A stretch of 64,000 nucleotides of DNA from Anaerohalosphaeraceae bacterium (lineage in GTDB: Bacteria; Planctomycetota; Phycisphaerae; Sedimentisphaerales; Anaerohalosphaeraceae): positions 46,743 to 110,742 of the forward strand of contig JBNRMN010000021.1 of NCBI GenBank assembly GCA_050309605.1, written 5' to 3'. This document shows positions 28,318 to 37,348 of the stretch, in pieces. Position 1 is the stretch's first letter; every line of letters starts with the position of its first letter. The translations under genes were made by a program, and so were the position numbers. The notes beneath the pieces were generated by a model. It did not search any database. It was not told where the DNA came from and was given only the letters and a program-made list of their open reading frames with translations.

Positions 28318-29502
28318 ATGAAAGCAAAAATTTGGATGACATTTATTTCCGCAGCTATCGTCTTGTCCGCCTCGGCGATCGCGGCCGACTGGCCGCATTG
28401 GCGCGGCCCGAATCTGGACGGCATCAGCACCGAGACTGACTGGAATCCGCAGGCGCTGAACGATTTGAATATTGTCTGGGAGGCTGAAATCGGCATCGGC
28501 TTTTCCTCCGTCAGCGTTGCCGGCGGCAGGGCCTATGTCATGGGCAATATCAATCGCAACACCGATGTGCTGTATTGCTTTGACGCGGCCAGTGGCGATG
28601 AGCTGTGGCGATTTGAGTACGCCGAGCCGCTGAATCCGAAGTACTATGAAGGCGGCCCCGGCTCGACGCCGACCGTCCATGAGGGCAAGGTCTATACCCT
28701 CAGCAAAACCGGCAAAGTCCACTGCGTTAACGCACACACCGGCGAGCTGATCTGGAATCTCAACCTGCCGCACAAGGAAACGACATGGGGATTTGCCTCG
28801 TCGGGGCTGATTCTTGACGACAAGGTCATCTTCAACGTCGGCGCATCGGGGGTGGCCTTGAATAAGAATGACGGCAGCATCGTCTGGGACAGCGATAAAA
28901 GCGAATCCGGCTACGCCACACCCGTTCCCTTCACGCACAATGGAAAAACCCTGCTGGCCATTTTTGGCAAAGAGACGCTAATGGCTGTCGATCCGACGGA
29001 TGGAAAGCGAATGTGGAGCTATCCCTGGAAAACACAGCACGACGTGAATGCCGCTGACCCGATCATTGTCGGGGATGAAATTTTTATTACTTCCGGCTAC
29101 AATCGCGGCGCGACGCTGCTGAAAATCGCCTCGCCGCCGACGCGCGTCTGGGAAAACAAAAATATGCGCAGCCAGATGAGCGGACCGGTACTGATCGACG
29201 GCTATCTGTACGGCATCGATCAGAATCAACTGGCGTGCGTGGAATGGAAAACCGGCAAACAGCTCTGGGCCGAGCGCAAAGCGGGCAACGGCTCGCTGAC
29301 CGCCGCCGGCGATAAACTCATCGTCGCCAGCGAAGGCGGGCGATTGATGATCGTCCAGGCCACGCCGGACGGTTTCCAGGAATTATCCGGCGCCGACATC
29401 CTGAGCGCCCGCTGCTGGGCGCCGCCGGTACTGTCGGGCGGCCGTATCTACTTTCGCAACTCACGCGGAAAGCTGGTCTGTGTGGATGTAAGGAATCAAT
29501 AA
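28318..29502 (+). CDS. Secreted PQQ-like beta-propeller protein 3
   Basis: Signal peptide ending AIA|ADWPHWRGPNLDG; blades CFDAASGDELW, CVNAHTGELIW, CVEWKTGKQLW. Confidence 0.88.
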   Translation: MKAKIWMTFISAAIVLSASAIAADWPHWRGPNLDGISTETDWNPQALNDLNIVWEAEIGIGFSSVSVAGGRAYVMGNINRNTDVLYCFDAASGDELWRFEYAEPLNPKYYEGGPGSTPTVHEGKVYTLSKTGKVHCVNAHTGELIWNLNLPHKETTWGFASSGLILDDKVIFNVGASGVALNKNDGSIVWDSDKSESGYATPVPFTHNGKTLLAIFGKETLMAVDPTDGKRMWSYPWKTQHDVNAADPIIVGDEIFITSGYNRGATLLKIASPPTRVWENKNMRSQMSGPVLIDGYLYGIDQNQLACVEWKTGKQLWAERKAGNGSLTAAGDKLIVASEGGRLMIVQATPDGFQELSGADILSARCWAPPVLSGGRIYFRNSRGKLVCVDVRNQ

Positions 29503-29552
29503 GTTTAATACAGCAATCATTTGACAACCTTGATTAAACAGGAGAACGAAAC

Positions 29553-30377
29553 ATGTTGATGAAAAGGTGGATGTGGTTTGTGGCGGCGGCGGTCTTGATG
29601 ACGGCAGTGTCTGTTTTGGCGGACAATATTCCAGTCGCCAATCATTCATTTGAAATTCCGGCAATTGATCCAGTCGAAAATCCTTTTTTGGCTATTCCAG
29701 TTACACCTTATTGGATCGCACTGGATTTGGATGATGATTTCGGAAGCAACACGGGAATCTTTAAAAATACACCTCCGGACAGCCCCGCCGGCGACCATAT
29801 TGTCAATGCACATGGTGAGCAGTTAGCGTTTCTCGGCAGCCAGACGGGCAATGCGCTTTTGCAGGATTTGACGGCACCCTATGAGGCGGGCAGAAACTAT
29901 CGAATGACGGTTGAAGTGTGCCCTTCAAAGCGGTATCCGCCGTCGGAAGCCGATCCTAACAATACGCTAAGCCTTGAGTTTTATTATATCAACAATGAGC
30001 CAAATCTTGTTACCCTTTCCGCTTCGCCGGTTCCGTCAACTGCTCTGACGGCAAATTATCTCAAGCCTTTTTCTGTCATATTGCCGACGGTGGAGACAGA
30101 CGACGCATGGGTTGATCGGCCCATCGGCATTGCGATTCGCGCCAACGGTGTCGCGGGGGGGTATTGGGATTTGGACAACGTGCGGGTGACGGCCTTTCCG
30201 CGTGTCCCGGAGCTGAGCGGAGACGGGATTGTTAATTACGATGATTTTTCGATATTGGCCGCCGAATGGGAATCCTGCCAGGCCGTGACAGCGGATCTGA
30301 CGGGCGACGGTTGTGTATCGACAGGTGATCTGTTGATCTTGGCGGATTTCTGGCTGGAGCAGCTATTTATAGAATGA
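29553..30377 (+). CDS. Secreted protein with C-terminal dockerin-like tandem repeat
   Basis: Signal peptide; NHSFE...LDNVRV beta-sandwich-like region; LSGDGIVNYDDFSILAAEW and DLTGDGCVSTGDLLILADFW. Confidence 0.7.
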   Translation: MLMKRWMWFVAAAVLMTAVSVLADNIPVANHSFEIPAIDPVENPFLAIPVTPYWIALDLDDDFGSNTGIFKNTPPDSPAGDHIVNAHGEQLAFLGSQTGNALLQDLTAPYEAGRNYRMTVEVCPSKRYPPSEADPNNTLSLEFYYINNEPNLVTLSASPVPSTALTANYLKPFSVILPTVETDDAWVDRPIGIAIRANGVAGGYWDLDNVRVTAFPRVPELSGDGIVNYDDFSILAAEWESCQAVTADLTGDGCVSTGDLLILADFWLEQLFIE

Positions 30378-31153
30378 CGCCCGACTGCAATTCATCCTGT
30401 TGCCGAAGACGAATCGGTTTTACGCTGATTGAGTTACTGGTCGTTATAGCGATTACTGCATTGCTGATCGGCATATTGACGCCGTCGCTGAGAAAGGCGA
30501 AACAGAAAGCCCGCATATTGGGTTGTGTCTCCAATTTGCGTTCAATCGGTATCGCTGTTCAGACCTATGCGCATGATTATAACGATACGATTCCTTTCGG
30601 TCCTGCGGGGCGTCCCATTGCCGGCGGCAATTTTTATACCGTTACGGGAAATGTGACCAGTTTGCTGTCGCTGCAGGATGGGGCGCCGGTTGGACTTGGG
30701 CTTCTGCTGGACGGGTATCTGTCACATCAACCCCGTGTGTTATTCTGCCCCGGCGCTGATCAGCCTTCAGAAGCTGATACCCAACTGGCCCGTGTCAATA
30801 TAAGACAGGCACAATCTGATTATTTTTATCGTCATGCGTCGGTTGCCTTGCTGGTCGGAGAACCGGATACATCTCACATTCGGCTTAGCCGTTTGGGGAA
30901 AAACCGTCAAGGACGTGCAATTTCCGCACTTGCAATGGATGTTCAGTTTTTAGCGCATCCGTCGCTTGAGGCGTTTGGCGTTCTGACACGTACCAGCCAT
31001 CGGCGTCAATTTTTGAATATTCTGATGTCCGATGGACAGGTCTTTTCTGTACCCAACACCGATCAGCAGTACACCATTGATATCGGCGCAGAACCATACG
31101 ATGCGCTGGAGAGGATTCTACGGGTGTTCGAACGAGCCGATGAACTGCGATGA
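30374..31153 (+). CDS. Prepilin-type N-terminal cleavage/methylation protein (DUF1559 / H-X9-DG-like)
   Basis: G|FTLIELLVVIAI, CVSNLRSIGIA, LFCP, C-terminal SHRRQFLNILMSDG; ATGA overlap. Confidence 0.85.
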   Translation: MTPDCNSSCCRRRIGFTLIELLVVIAITALLIGILTPSLRKAKQKARILGCVSNLRSIGIAVQTYAHDYNDTIPFGPAGRPIAGGNFYTVTGNVTSLLSLQDGAPVGLGLLLDGYLSHQPRVLFCPGADQPSEADTQLARVNIRQAQSDYFYRHASVALLVGEPDTSHIRLSRLGKNRQGRAISALAMDVQFLAHPSLEAFGVLTRTSHRRQFLNILMSDGQVFSVPNTDQQYTIDIGAEPYDALERILRVFERADELR

Positions 31154-32284
31154 TTACTCCGGGCCGTGGGTTCGGTACGGCATGGCCGCCGGATACTCGC
31201 GGATAATTTCCTCATAATCATCCAGCCAGCAGGCCTCGGGGTTGGAATTGCACACCAGCACCTTGCCGCTGTCGGTATCGTCGGCGGCGCGATGGTATTT
31301 GAAAAAGATTTTGGTATCTGTTTTCGACAAGATCTCAATCTTGCCGGTTGCGTGCGACATCACAAACCGCAAGCGCTTGGCCAGCCCCGACACCCGGGCC
31401 TTAGCCGCTTCGTAAATGGCATACCCCTCTTCAATCGGCACCGTATAAGCGTGATTGCCCAATGCCGGGCGACACTGAAACAGATAATACGGCACAACTC
31501 CCGCAAAAGACAATCGGCGGAGCAGCTCGGCCAATACATTCGGATCGTCATTGACGCCCCGAATAAGCGGGAACTGATTGGTCAACACCGCACCAGCTCG
31601 CACCAGCTTGTCCAGGCCCGCACAGGCAGTGTCGGTCAGCTCGCGCGGATGACAGAAATGCGTCATCACATAAATCCGCTTGGTCGGCAGGCTGTATGTC
31701 GAAATCATCTCCGCCAGCCCCGGATCGTCAAGAATTCGATACGGATTAAATACCGGCATGCGTGTCCCGAGGCGAATAATCTGCACGTGCTCAATCTTGC
31801 GCAATTCGGAAATAATGTGCTCCAGCTTGCGCGTCGCCAGCACCAGCGGGTCGCCGCCGGTCAGGAGTATATTGGTAATTTCCGGATGTGCGTCGATATA
31901 CGCCATCGCCGCGGAAATATCCCTGAGTGATTCCTTCTGCGGGTCAATAAACACCCGCTTGCGAAAACAATAGCGGCAAATCCCCTCACACACATTGCTG
32001 ACCAGCAGCAGCGCGGTGGAATGATACTTATGCTCCAGGCCCGGCAGTACCGTATAAGCCTCTTCATTGGAAGGATCCAACCGGCCCCAACCTTCCAGTT
32101 CGTCGGTGTGCGGTATAATCAGCCGACGAATGGGGCAGGCCGGATCGTCCCAATCAATCAGCGACAAATAATAATCGTTAGCCCGAAATGCGAATCGCTC
32201 GGTAACCTGCCGCAGCGTATCGCGTTCGGACTGTGTCAACTGCTCAATATCCCCAATATTGTGATAATACTTAATCTTACGCAT
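31154..32284 (-). CDS. KamA-family radical SAM protein (lysine 2,3-aminomutase-like)
   Basis: GLEHKY, CEGICRYCFRKR, LLTGGDPL, RLGTR, THFCHPRE, NQFPLIRGVND, PYYLFQ, GKIE. Confidence 0.88.
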   Translation of the reverse strand: MRKIKYYHNIGDIEQLTQSERDTLRQVTERFAFRANDYYLSLIDWDDPACPIRRLIIPHTDELEGWGRLDPSNEEAYTVLPGLEHKYHSTALLLVSNVCEGICRYCFRKRVFIDPQKESLRDISAAMAYIDAHPEITNILLTGGDPLVLATRKLEHIISELRKIEHVQIIRLGTRMPVFNPYRILDDPGLAEMISTYSLPTKRIYVMTHFCHPRELTDTACAGLDKLVRAGAVLTNQFPLIRGVNDDPNVLAELLRRLSFAGVVPYYLFQCRPALGNHAYTVPIEEGYAIYEAAKARVSGLAKRLRFVMSHATGKIEILSKTDTKIFFKYHRAADDTDSGKVLVCNSNPEACWLDDYEEIIREYPAAMPYRTHGPE

Positions 32285-32348
32285 AAACCTCGCTGTTTGT
32301 ACTACGGGTAATCATTTAAAATAAATAACGATATGTAGCCAATTGAAT

Positions 32349-32377
32349 ATGATAGCAGAAGACACAGCCTTATGCAA
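32349..32377 (-). promoter_or_regulatory. Putative sigma70 promoter for the KamA-family gene
   Basis: Minus strand TTGCAT-17 nt-TATCAT with TG extended -10. Confidence 0.5.
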
Positions 32378-32549
32378 GCCCACGTTAAAATACTATCAAT
32401 AAATTACTTACGTACAGGGGCCGATGGCGTGGGAAAGATTGTGGGGCATTATCTCATGGCAGGCAAATAAAGATAATGTTTAGCGGATAAAGGCCCATTA
32501 TCCGAAATTAATGGATTTATGCAGAGGCGACCAGATTGTAACCGGCCGT

Positions 32550-33986
32550 CTATTCGTCTGGTTGATCATACGGCTGAAGCCAGATTTCGGCAAACACATG
32601 CAAGTCAAAAATATCGACGGTTTGATTCATATCGAAATCGAATCCGCCGCACCAGCCGCAATCAACTTCGAGCCAGAGGTGTGCAAGCCAACTCAAGTCC
32701 ACAAGATTCACAAAACCATCGTCGTCATAGTCCCCCGGAACCACGGGTTCGGGCAATATCTTAAACACGTCGCCGCTGTTCAAATTCAGGATATAGAGAT
32801 TTCCCAAGCCGTCCTGCCCAAAAGAAGAAATGCTTGCAATTGAGCCGACATCCGGAGTCATCTGGGGTGTTCGGTTTATTAAATGGGTTACTGTATCGCC
32901 GTCATACACAAACGTCCAGATTTGGGCGTTGACGTAGTCCGCAAAGAAATAGGTCCCTTGCAGTTCCTGCCTTGCCCCGCGATAGACATAACCGCCTGTG
33001 ACCGAGCGCCTGCCGCTCGGCCCCGGTACGTGGTCATAAACATAAATCGGATCTGTAAAGCTCGAATCGAAACAGGGAATCGGATCGCCTGAGGTGTAAC
33101 ACAACTGGCCCTCCATAACGCGCCAGCCGTAATTTTCACCGCCCGGACTGTCGGCCGGTTGGAAGTTTATCTCTTCTTGAGCATTCTGCCCTACATCGGC
33201 AATATACAAATCGCCGGTCAGACGATCAAAACTGCACCGCCATGGATTCCGCAATCCATAGGCCCAGACCTCATCGGCCCCATTGCCACCGAGAAACGGG
33301 TTATCGGGCGGAATGCGGTAATGTCGCGCCGGATCGTCCGGAAAATCATCGCCATGCACATCAATACGCAACAGTTTGCCGAGCAGAACCGTCGTGTCCT
33401 GAGCGTTTCCCAGGACGGGGGTATGGCCGGAATCATTATCGCCGCCGCCGCCGCCGTCCCCGCTGGAGATATATAAATACCCGTCCGGCCCGAAATCAAT
33501 CCAACCACCGTTATGATTGCTCTGGGGCTGGGAGTAGCTGATGATCAAGGTTTCGCTGTCAGGGTCAGCGATATCACGATTTCCAGAGACTTGATAACGC
33601 CGTATTTGGGTCGCGCCGGTTCCGGCCACAGTGACATTGACATAAAACCAGCCGTTGTCATGATAGTCTGGATCAAATGCCATACCGAGCAAACCCTGCT
33701 CAAAGCCCGTCGCCAGTCCATCAATTTCCAAAAAAACTTCGGAGTTGATTCGGCGTGTTAATAGATTAAGGATCCGGATTTTGCCCGTATACTGCTCCAG
33801 CACAAACAAACGCTCCCCGTCCCCCGGCGGCGAGACAGCATAGAGCGGTCGTTGAAATCCTGTCGCAATGCGATGGGTGGTGACGGCACCAGAGCAGGGG
33901 AATATCCCCAAAATATAAAAAAACGCAATAATGCTCAATAAGTGCCAAAAACTCACGATTTCGTGTTCGATTGTCTGTGTTTTCAT
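32550..33986 (-). CDS. PQQ-dependent glucose/sorbosone dehydrogenase-family protein with C-terminal dockerin-like repeats
   Basis: EQGLLGMAFDP, NHNGG..FGPDGYLYISSGDGG, LGKLLRIDV, WAYGLRNPWRCSFD, DVGQ; GDYDDDGFVNLVDL tail. Confidence 0.88.
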   Translation of the reverse strand: MKTQTIEHEIVSFWHLLSIIAFFYILGIFPCSGAVTTHRIATGFQRPLYAVSPPGDGERLFVLEQYTGKIRILNLLTRRINSEVFLEIDGLATGFEQGLLGMAFDPDYHDNGWFYVNVTVAGTGATQIRRYQVSGNRDIADPDSETLIISYSQPQSNHNGGWIDFGPDGYLYISSGDGGGGGDNDSGHTPVLGNAQDTTVLLGKLLRIDVHGDDFPDDPARHYRIPPDNPFLGGNGADEVWAYGLRNPWRCSFDRLTGDLYIADVGQNAQEEINFQPADSPGGENYGWRVMEGQLCYTSGDPIPCFDSSFTDPIYVYDHVPGPSGRRSVTGGYVYRGARQELQGTYFFADYVNAQIWTFVYDGDTVTHLINRTPQMTPDVGSIASISSFGQDGLGNLYILNLNSGDVFKILPEPVVPGDYDDDGFVNLVDLSWLAHLWLEVDCGWCGGFDFDMNQTVDIFDLHVFAEIWLQPYDQPDE

Positions 33987-34170
33987 AAATCCTCCGCAAA
34001 TATGTTAACGCATTCAACATTAAGCCGCTGACAAATCTACCCTCACCATAAGCACAGTGGTATCAGTATAATCCTGATTTTGAGGGGGATAATAACTTAT
34101 GCGGAACAAAACGCGTTGTCCCGCTTCGACCTGTTCCTGAGTACGCACCAACAGGCCAATGTAACGCCGT

Positions 34171-34209
34171 AAAAAAAGCCCCCGATTCACATTTGCGAAT
34201 GGGGGCTTT
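34171..34209 (-). terminator. Intrinsic terminator after bfr
   Basis: AAAGCCCCC...GGGGGCTTT stem; a U-run follows on the minus strand. Confidence 0.75.
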
Positions 34210-34236
34210 GGGGGTTCGTGAACCGGCTAAATAAGG

Positions 34237-34773
34237 TCATTCGGCCGGAGGCACCACAAATCCTTTGGAAAACCCGCCGGTACTGCTCGACGTGCCGGCA
34301 ATGCGTGCCAAGTAGGCCTGCCCCAGTTTACCGATATGGTCATTGACATTGTCGAAATAGTTAAAGTGCGCCTGCTCTTCGTCAATGATTGCCTCAAAAA
34401 GCTTCATCGTCACGCTGTCGCCGTTCTCGCGGCACACATTCAGGAACTGATTGTAGGTGAAGATGGTGTCGTCTTCCAGGTTGCTGTCGAAGGGAAAGAT
34501 TTTTTCGACCGCCTGGCCCCGCTGAACCTTGTCCGCCAAATCGGCGGTTGGTTCGCCGCCCAGTTCTTTGATGCGTTCAGCAAACTGCTCGGCGTGGCGC
34601 ATCTCGTCAATCGCGATCAACTTGACGTTGGCCGCCAACTCGCCGTAATCCATATCATCCAGATTATAGTGCTGATTCATATACTGCCCGATCGCGTGCA
34701 GTTCCATCGAACGCGCCTTGTTAAGCACTTCAATGACCTTTTGCCGTGCGGCTTCTTTTGCATCTTTTGCCAT
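34237..34773 (-). CDS. bfr: Bacterioferritin (Desulfovibrio-type)
   Basis: ELHAIGQY, DEMRHAE (ferroxidase ligands, heme Met), ERIKELGGEP, EEQAH; AGGAG RBS before the ATG at 34773. Confidence 0.9.
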   Translation of the reverse strand: MAKDAKEAARQKVIEVLNKARSMELHAIGQYMNQHYNLDDMDYGELAANVKLIAIDEMRHAEQFAERIKELGGEPTADLADKVQRGQAVEKIFPFDSNLEDDTIFTYNQFLNVCRENGDSVTMKLFEAIIDEEQAHFNYFDNVNDHIGKLGQAYLARIAGTSSSTGGFSKGFVVPPAE

Positions 34774-34875
34774 TTTCTCGACTCCTAAAATCGCATTTAT
34801 CGTATTTGACTCATTCACTGCGTTGTTCATTGTATCCACACCGGCCGGGAATTCCAGCGTTAATTAGCAAAAAAA

Positions 34876-36315
34876 TCAGCGTCCAACCGCCTTCGCCACG
34901 CCCTTGCCGTAAGCCGGGTCGGCCTTGGCAAAATGGGCAATCATTTTGTCCTGAATCTGTTTCGGCGCCTTTTTCAAGCTGCCGGCGATATTTTCACACA
35001 GTCGCTTTTGCTGTTCAGGAGTCATCAGGCGAAACAGATTGCCGGGCTGTATATAATCGTCATCAACACCGCGTTTTTGCTCGTACCAATCGGCATCGCC
35101 GGTGATTTTCAGCGGCGGTTCGCGAAATTCCGCAGCTTCTTTGGGACCGCCGAAGCTGTTCGGCTCATAATTAACCGACGCTCCCCCGTTGCCGTCAACG
35201 CGCATCGCACCATCACGCATATAGTTATGCACCGGACACTTCGGACGATTGACCGGGATACTCTCATAATTGACACCCAGCCGATACCGATGCGCATCAG
35301 CATACGAAACAATCCGTGCCTGAAGCATCTTATCCGGTGAAAACGAAATCCCCGGCACGACATTACCGGGTGAAAACGCCGCCTGTTCGACCTCGGCAAA
35401 GTAATTTTCCGGATTACGGTTCAGTTCCAGCACACCGACATCATGAAGCGGATAATCCCCGTGCGGCCAGACCTTAGTCAGATCGAACGGATTCCACCGA
35501 TAGGTTTCGGCCTCTTTTTCCGGCATAATCTGCACCTTCAGCGTCCACTTGGGAAAATCGCCCTTCTTAATCATCTCAAACAACTGCTTGGTATGATAGT
35601 CCGGATCGCAGCCGGCCAGTTTGTCAGCCTCATCCGACGGCATATTTTGAATCCCTTGCTGAGTCTTGAAGTGGAATTTCACCCAAAACCGCTCATTATT
35701 CGCATTGATGAAACTGTAAGTGTGGCTGCCGTATCCGTTCATAAACGGAATACCCGCCGGGATTCCCCGGTCGGAAAAAAGAATCGTCACCTGATGCAGA
35801 GCTTCGGGCACTTGAGACCAGAAATCCCACTGCATTGTGTCGTTTTTGGCGTTGGTCTGCGGGTCGCGCTTCTGTGTATGAATGAAATCGGGAAACTTGA
35901 TTGCATCCCGTATGAAAAACGTCGGCGTGTTATTACCCACCAAATCCCAGTTGCCTTCTTCGGTATAGAACTTGAGTGCAAAGCCGCGCACGTCGCGAAC
36001 CGTATCAGCGGACCCTTTTTCCCCGGCCACGGTGGAAAACCGTCCAAACATTTCAGTTTTTTTTCCAACCTGTGAAAAAATCTTTGCCTTGGTATATTTC
36101 GTTATGTCGTGGGTCACGGTAAATGTTCCATAGGCTCCGGCCGCCTTGGCATGAACGACACGCTCCGGAATCCGCTCCCGATTAAAATGAGATAACTTTT
36201 CCAGCAGATAATGATCCTGCAACAACGTCGGGCCGTGTTGGCCTGCGGTCAGCGACGTTTGGTTGTCCGGCACGGGAATTCCGGCCCTTGTCGTAAGTCG
36301 TTCCGGTGTATCCAT
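34876..36315 (-). CDS. katA: Monofunctional heme catalase (small subunit)
   Basis: [29 protein letters not shown], proximal [14 protein letters not shown]. Confidence 0.96.
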   Translation of the reverse strand: MDTPERLTTRAGIPVPDNQTSLTAGQHGPTLLQDHYLLEKLSHFNRERIPERVVHAKAAGAYGTFTVTHDITKYTKAKIFSQVGKKTEMFGRFSTVAGEKGSADTVRDVRGFALKFYTEEGNWDLVGNNTPTFFIRDAIKFPDFIHTQKRDPQTNAKNDTMQWDFWSQVPEALHQVTILFSDRGIPAGIPFMNGYGSHTYSFINANNERFWVKFHFKTQQGIQNMPSDEADKLAGCDPDYHTKQLFEMIKKGDFPKWTLKVQIMPEKEAETYRWNPFDLTKVWPHGDYPLHDVGVLELNRNPENYFAEVEQAAFSPGNVVPGISFSPDKMLQARIVSYADAHRYRLGVNYESIPVNRPKCPVHNYMRDGAMRVDGNGGASVNYEPNSFGGPKEAAEFREPPLKITGDADWYEQKRGVDDDYIQPGNLFRLMTPEQQKRLCENIAGSLKKAPKQIQDKMIAHFAKADPAYGKGVAKAVGR

Positions 36316-36405
36316 AATAGTATCTCCTGTTAAAATATCCTGTTAAGTTTACTCTTTCGAAAAAGAGTCCAATTCTCGGCATCCGGCACACATATACTCA
36401 AATGT

Positions 36406-36447
36406 ATGATATAGGACAGGTTCATGGTTTTCAAGCCAAATTGAAAA
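36406..36447 (-). promoter_or_regulatory. Putative katA-bfr promoter with an overlapping 7-6-7 inverted repeat
   Basis: Minus strand TTGAAA-17 nt-TATCAT; TTTTCAA-gccaaa-TTGAAAA (36428-36447) covers the -35. Confidence 0.5.
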
Positions 36448-36924
36448 GATTCCCTAAGTCCAAGAACGAGATATAAAAAACAGCACCATCGCTTTTTTTA
36501 ATGCCACCACCACATTCCTGACCAGAAGCACACTGCAAAACATCAGGAAACATACGGGCGCAATTAGACTTCCGCGATGCAATTGTTGTCCATTATAAAC
36601 CAAACGGTATCATCTCAAACTTATGGGTTAGATGGATTGTTTTCTTTCTGTGTCGCCAATTCGATTATCTGCTGAAATCTGCTTTGGCCTTGAGAAAGAG
36701 CAGCTCCTTTGTTAAAATTATCACTACAGTGGAGGCTTATTTCTGCTGAATTAATATAACGTCTTTTCGAATAACAAGTTGTATCAAATATTAAAAAATG
36801 ACACCACACAAATCAAAACGCATTGCTGTGCGACAGGGTCTCCATTCAGACGACTTTGCCGGTTCACGGCACCGATGTGGATCGTTCGCCATACGAATTG
36901 TTTTCAATATACAAGGAAAATACG

Positions 36925-37299
36925 ATGAATCTTAAAGATTATTTTTCTCAGACACAAGGGCTGGGCGTTTTGGCGACCAGCGATGCAGCCGGCCATGTGG
37001 ATGTTGCGCTCTATGCCGCCCCGCACATACTGGATGAAAACACCATTGGATTTATTATGCGGCCTCGCCGTAGCCTGGACAATATACAGAAAAATCCCCA
37101 GGCCGCGTATCTGTTTATTGAAAAAACCGAAGGTTACAAAGGCGTACGGCTTTATCTTGAAAAAAGCGGCCAGGAAAACGACCCGGAAAAAATCAATCAG
37201 CTACGGCGAAGTCATCACGGCGGTGATGAGGAAAGGGCCACACTGGTGTACTTCAGCGTGACCGAGGTGCGCCCGCTGGTCGGCGACAAGACCACGTAA
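36925..37299 (+). CDS. Pyridoxamine 5'-phosphate oxidase-like FMN-binding protein
   Basis: GVLATSDAAGHVDVA, SLDNIQKNPQAAYLF, GVRLY; AAGGA RBS before the ATG at 36925. Confidence 0.8.
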   Translation: MNLKDYFSQTQGLGVLATSDAAGHVDVALYAAPHILDENTIGFIMRPRRSLDNIQKNPQAAYLFIEKTEGYKGVRLYLEKSGQENDPEKINQLRRSHHGGDEERATLVYFSVTEVRPLVGDKTT

Positions 37300-37348
37300 A
37301 CGGTTGTTCAATAAACCTATCCGGCGTCTCATAGAGTTTTGCTGCACG

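Noticed and set aside
17850..29502. bamB or PQQ alcohol dehydrogenase calls for the propellers
   Set aside because: No lipobox or bam context and no recognisable quinoprotein catalytic motifs; only the blade repeats match.
34098..34140. Tiny ORF MRNKTRCPASTCS after a GAGGGGG tract
   Set aside because: Only 13 codons with no convincing -35; indistinguishable from chance.
36621..36809. 62-aa ORF in the AT-rich katA upstream region
   Set aside because: No RBS, motif or coding-like composition; cannot be supported as a gene or a pseudogene.
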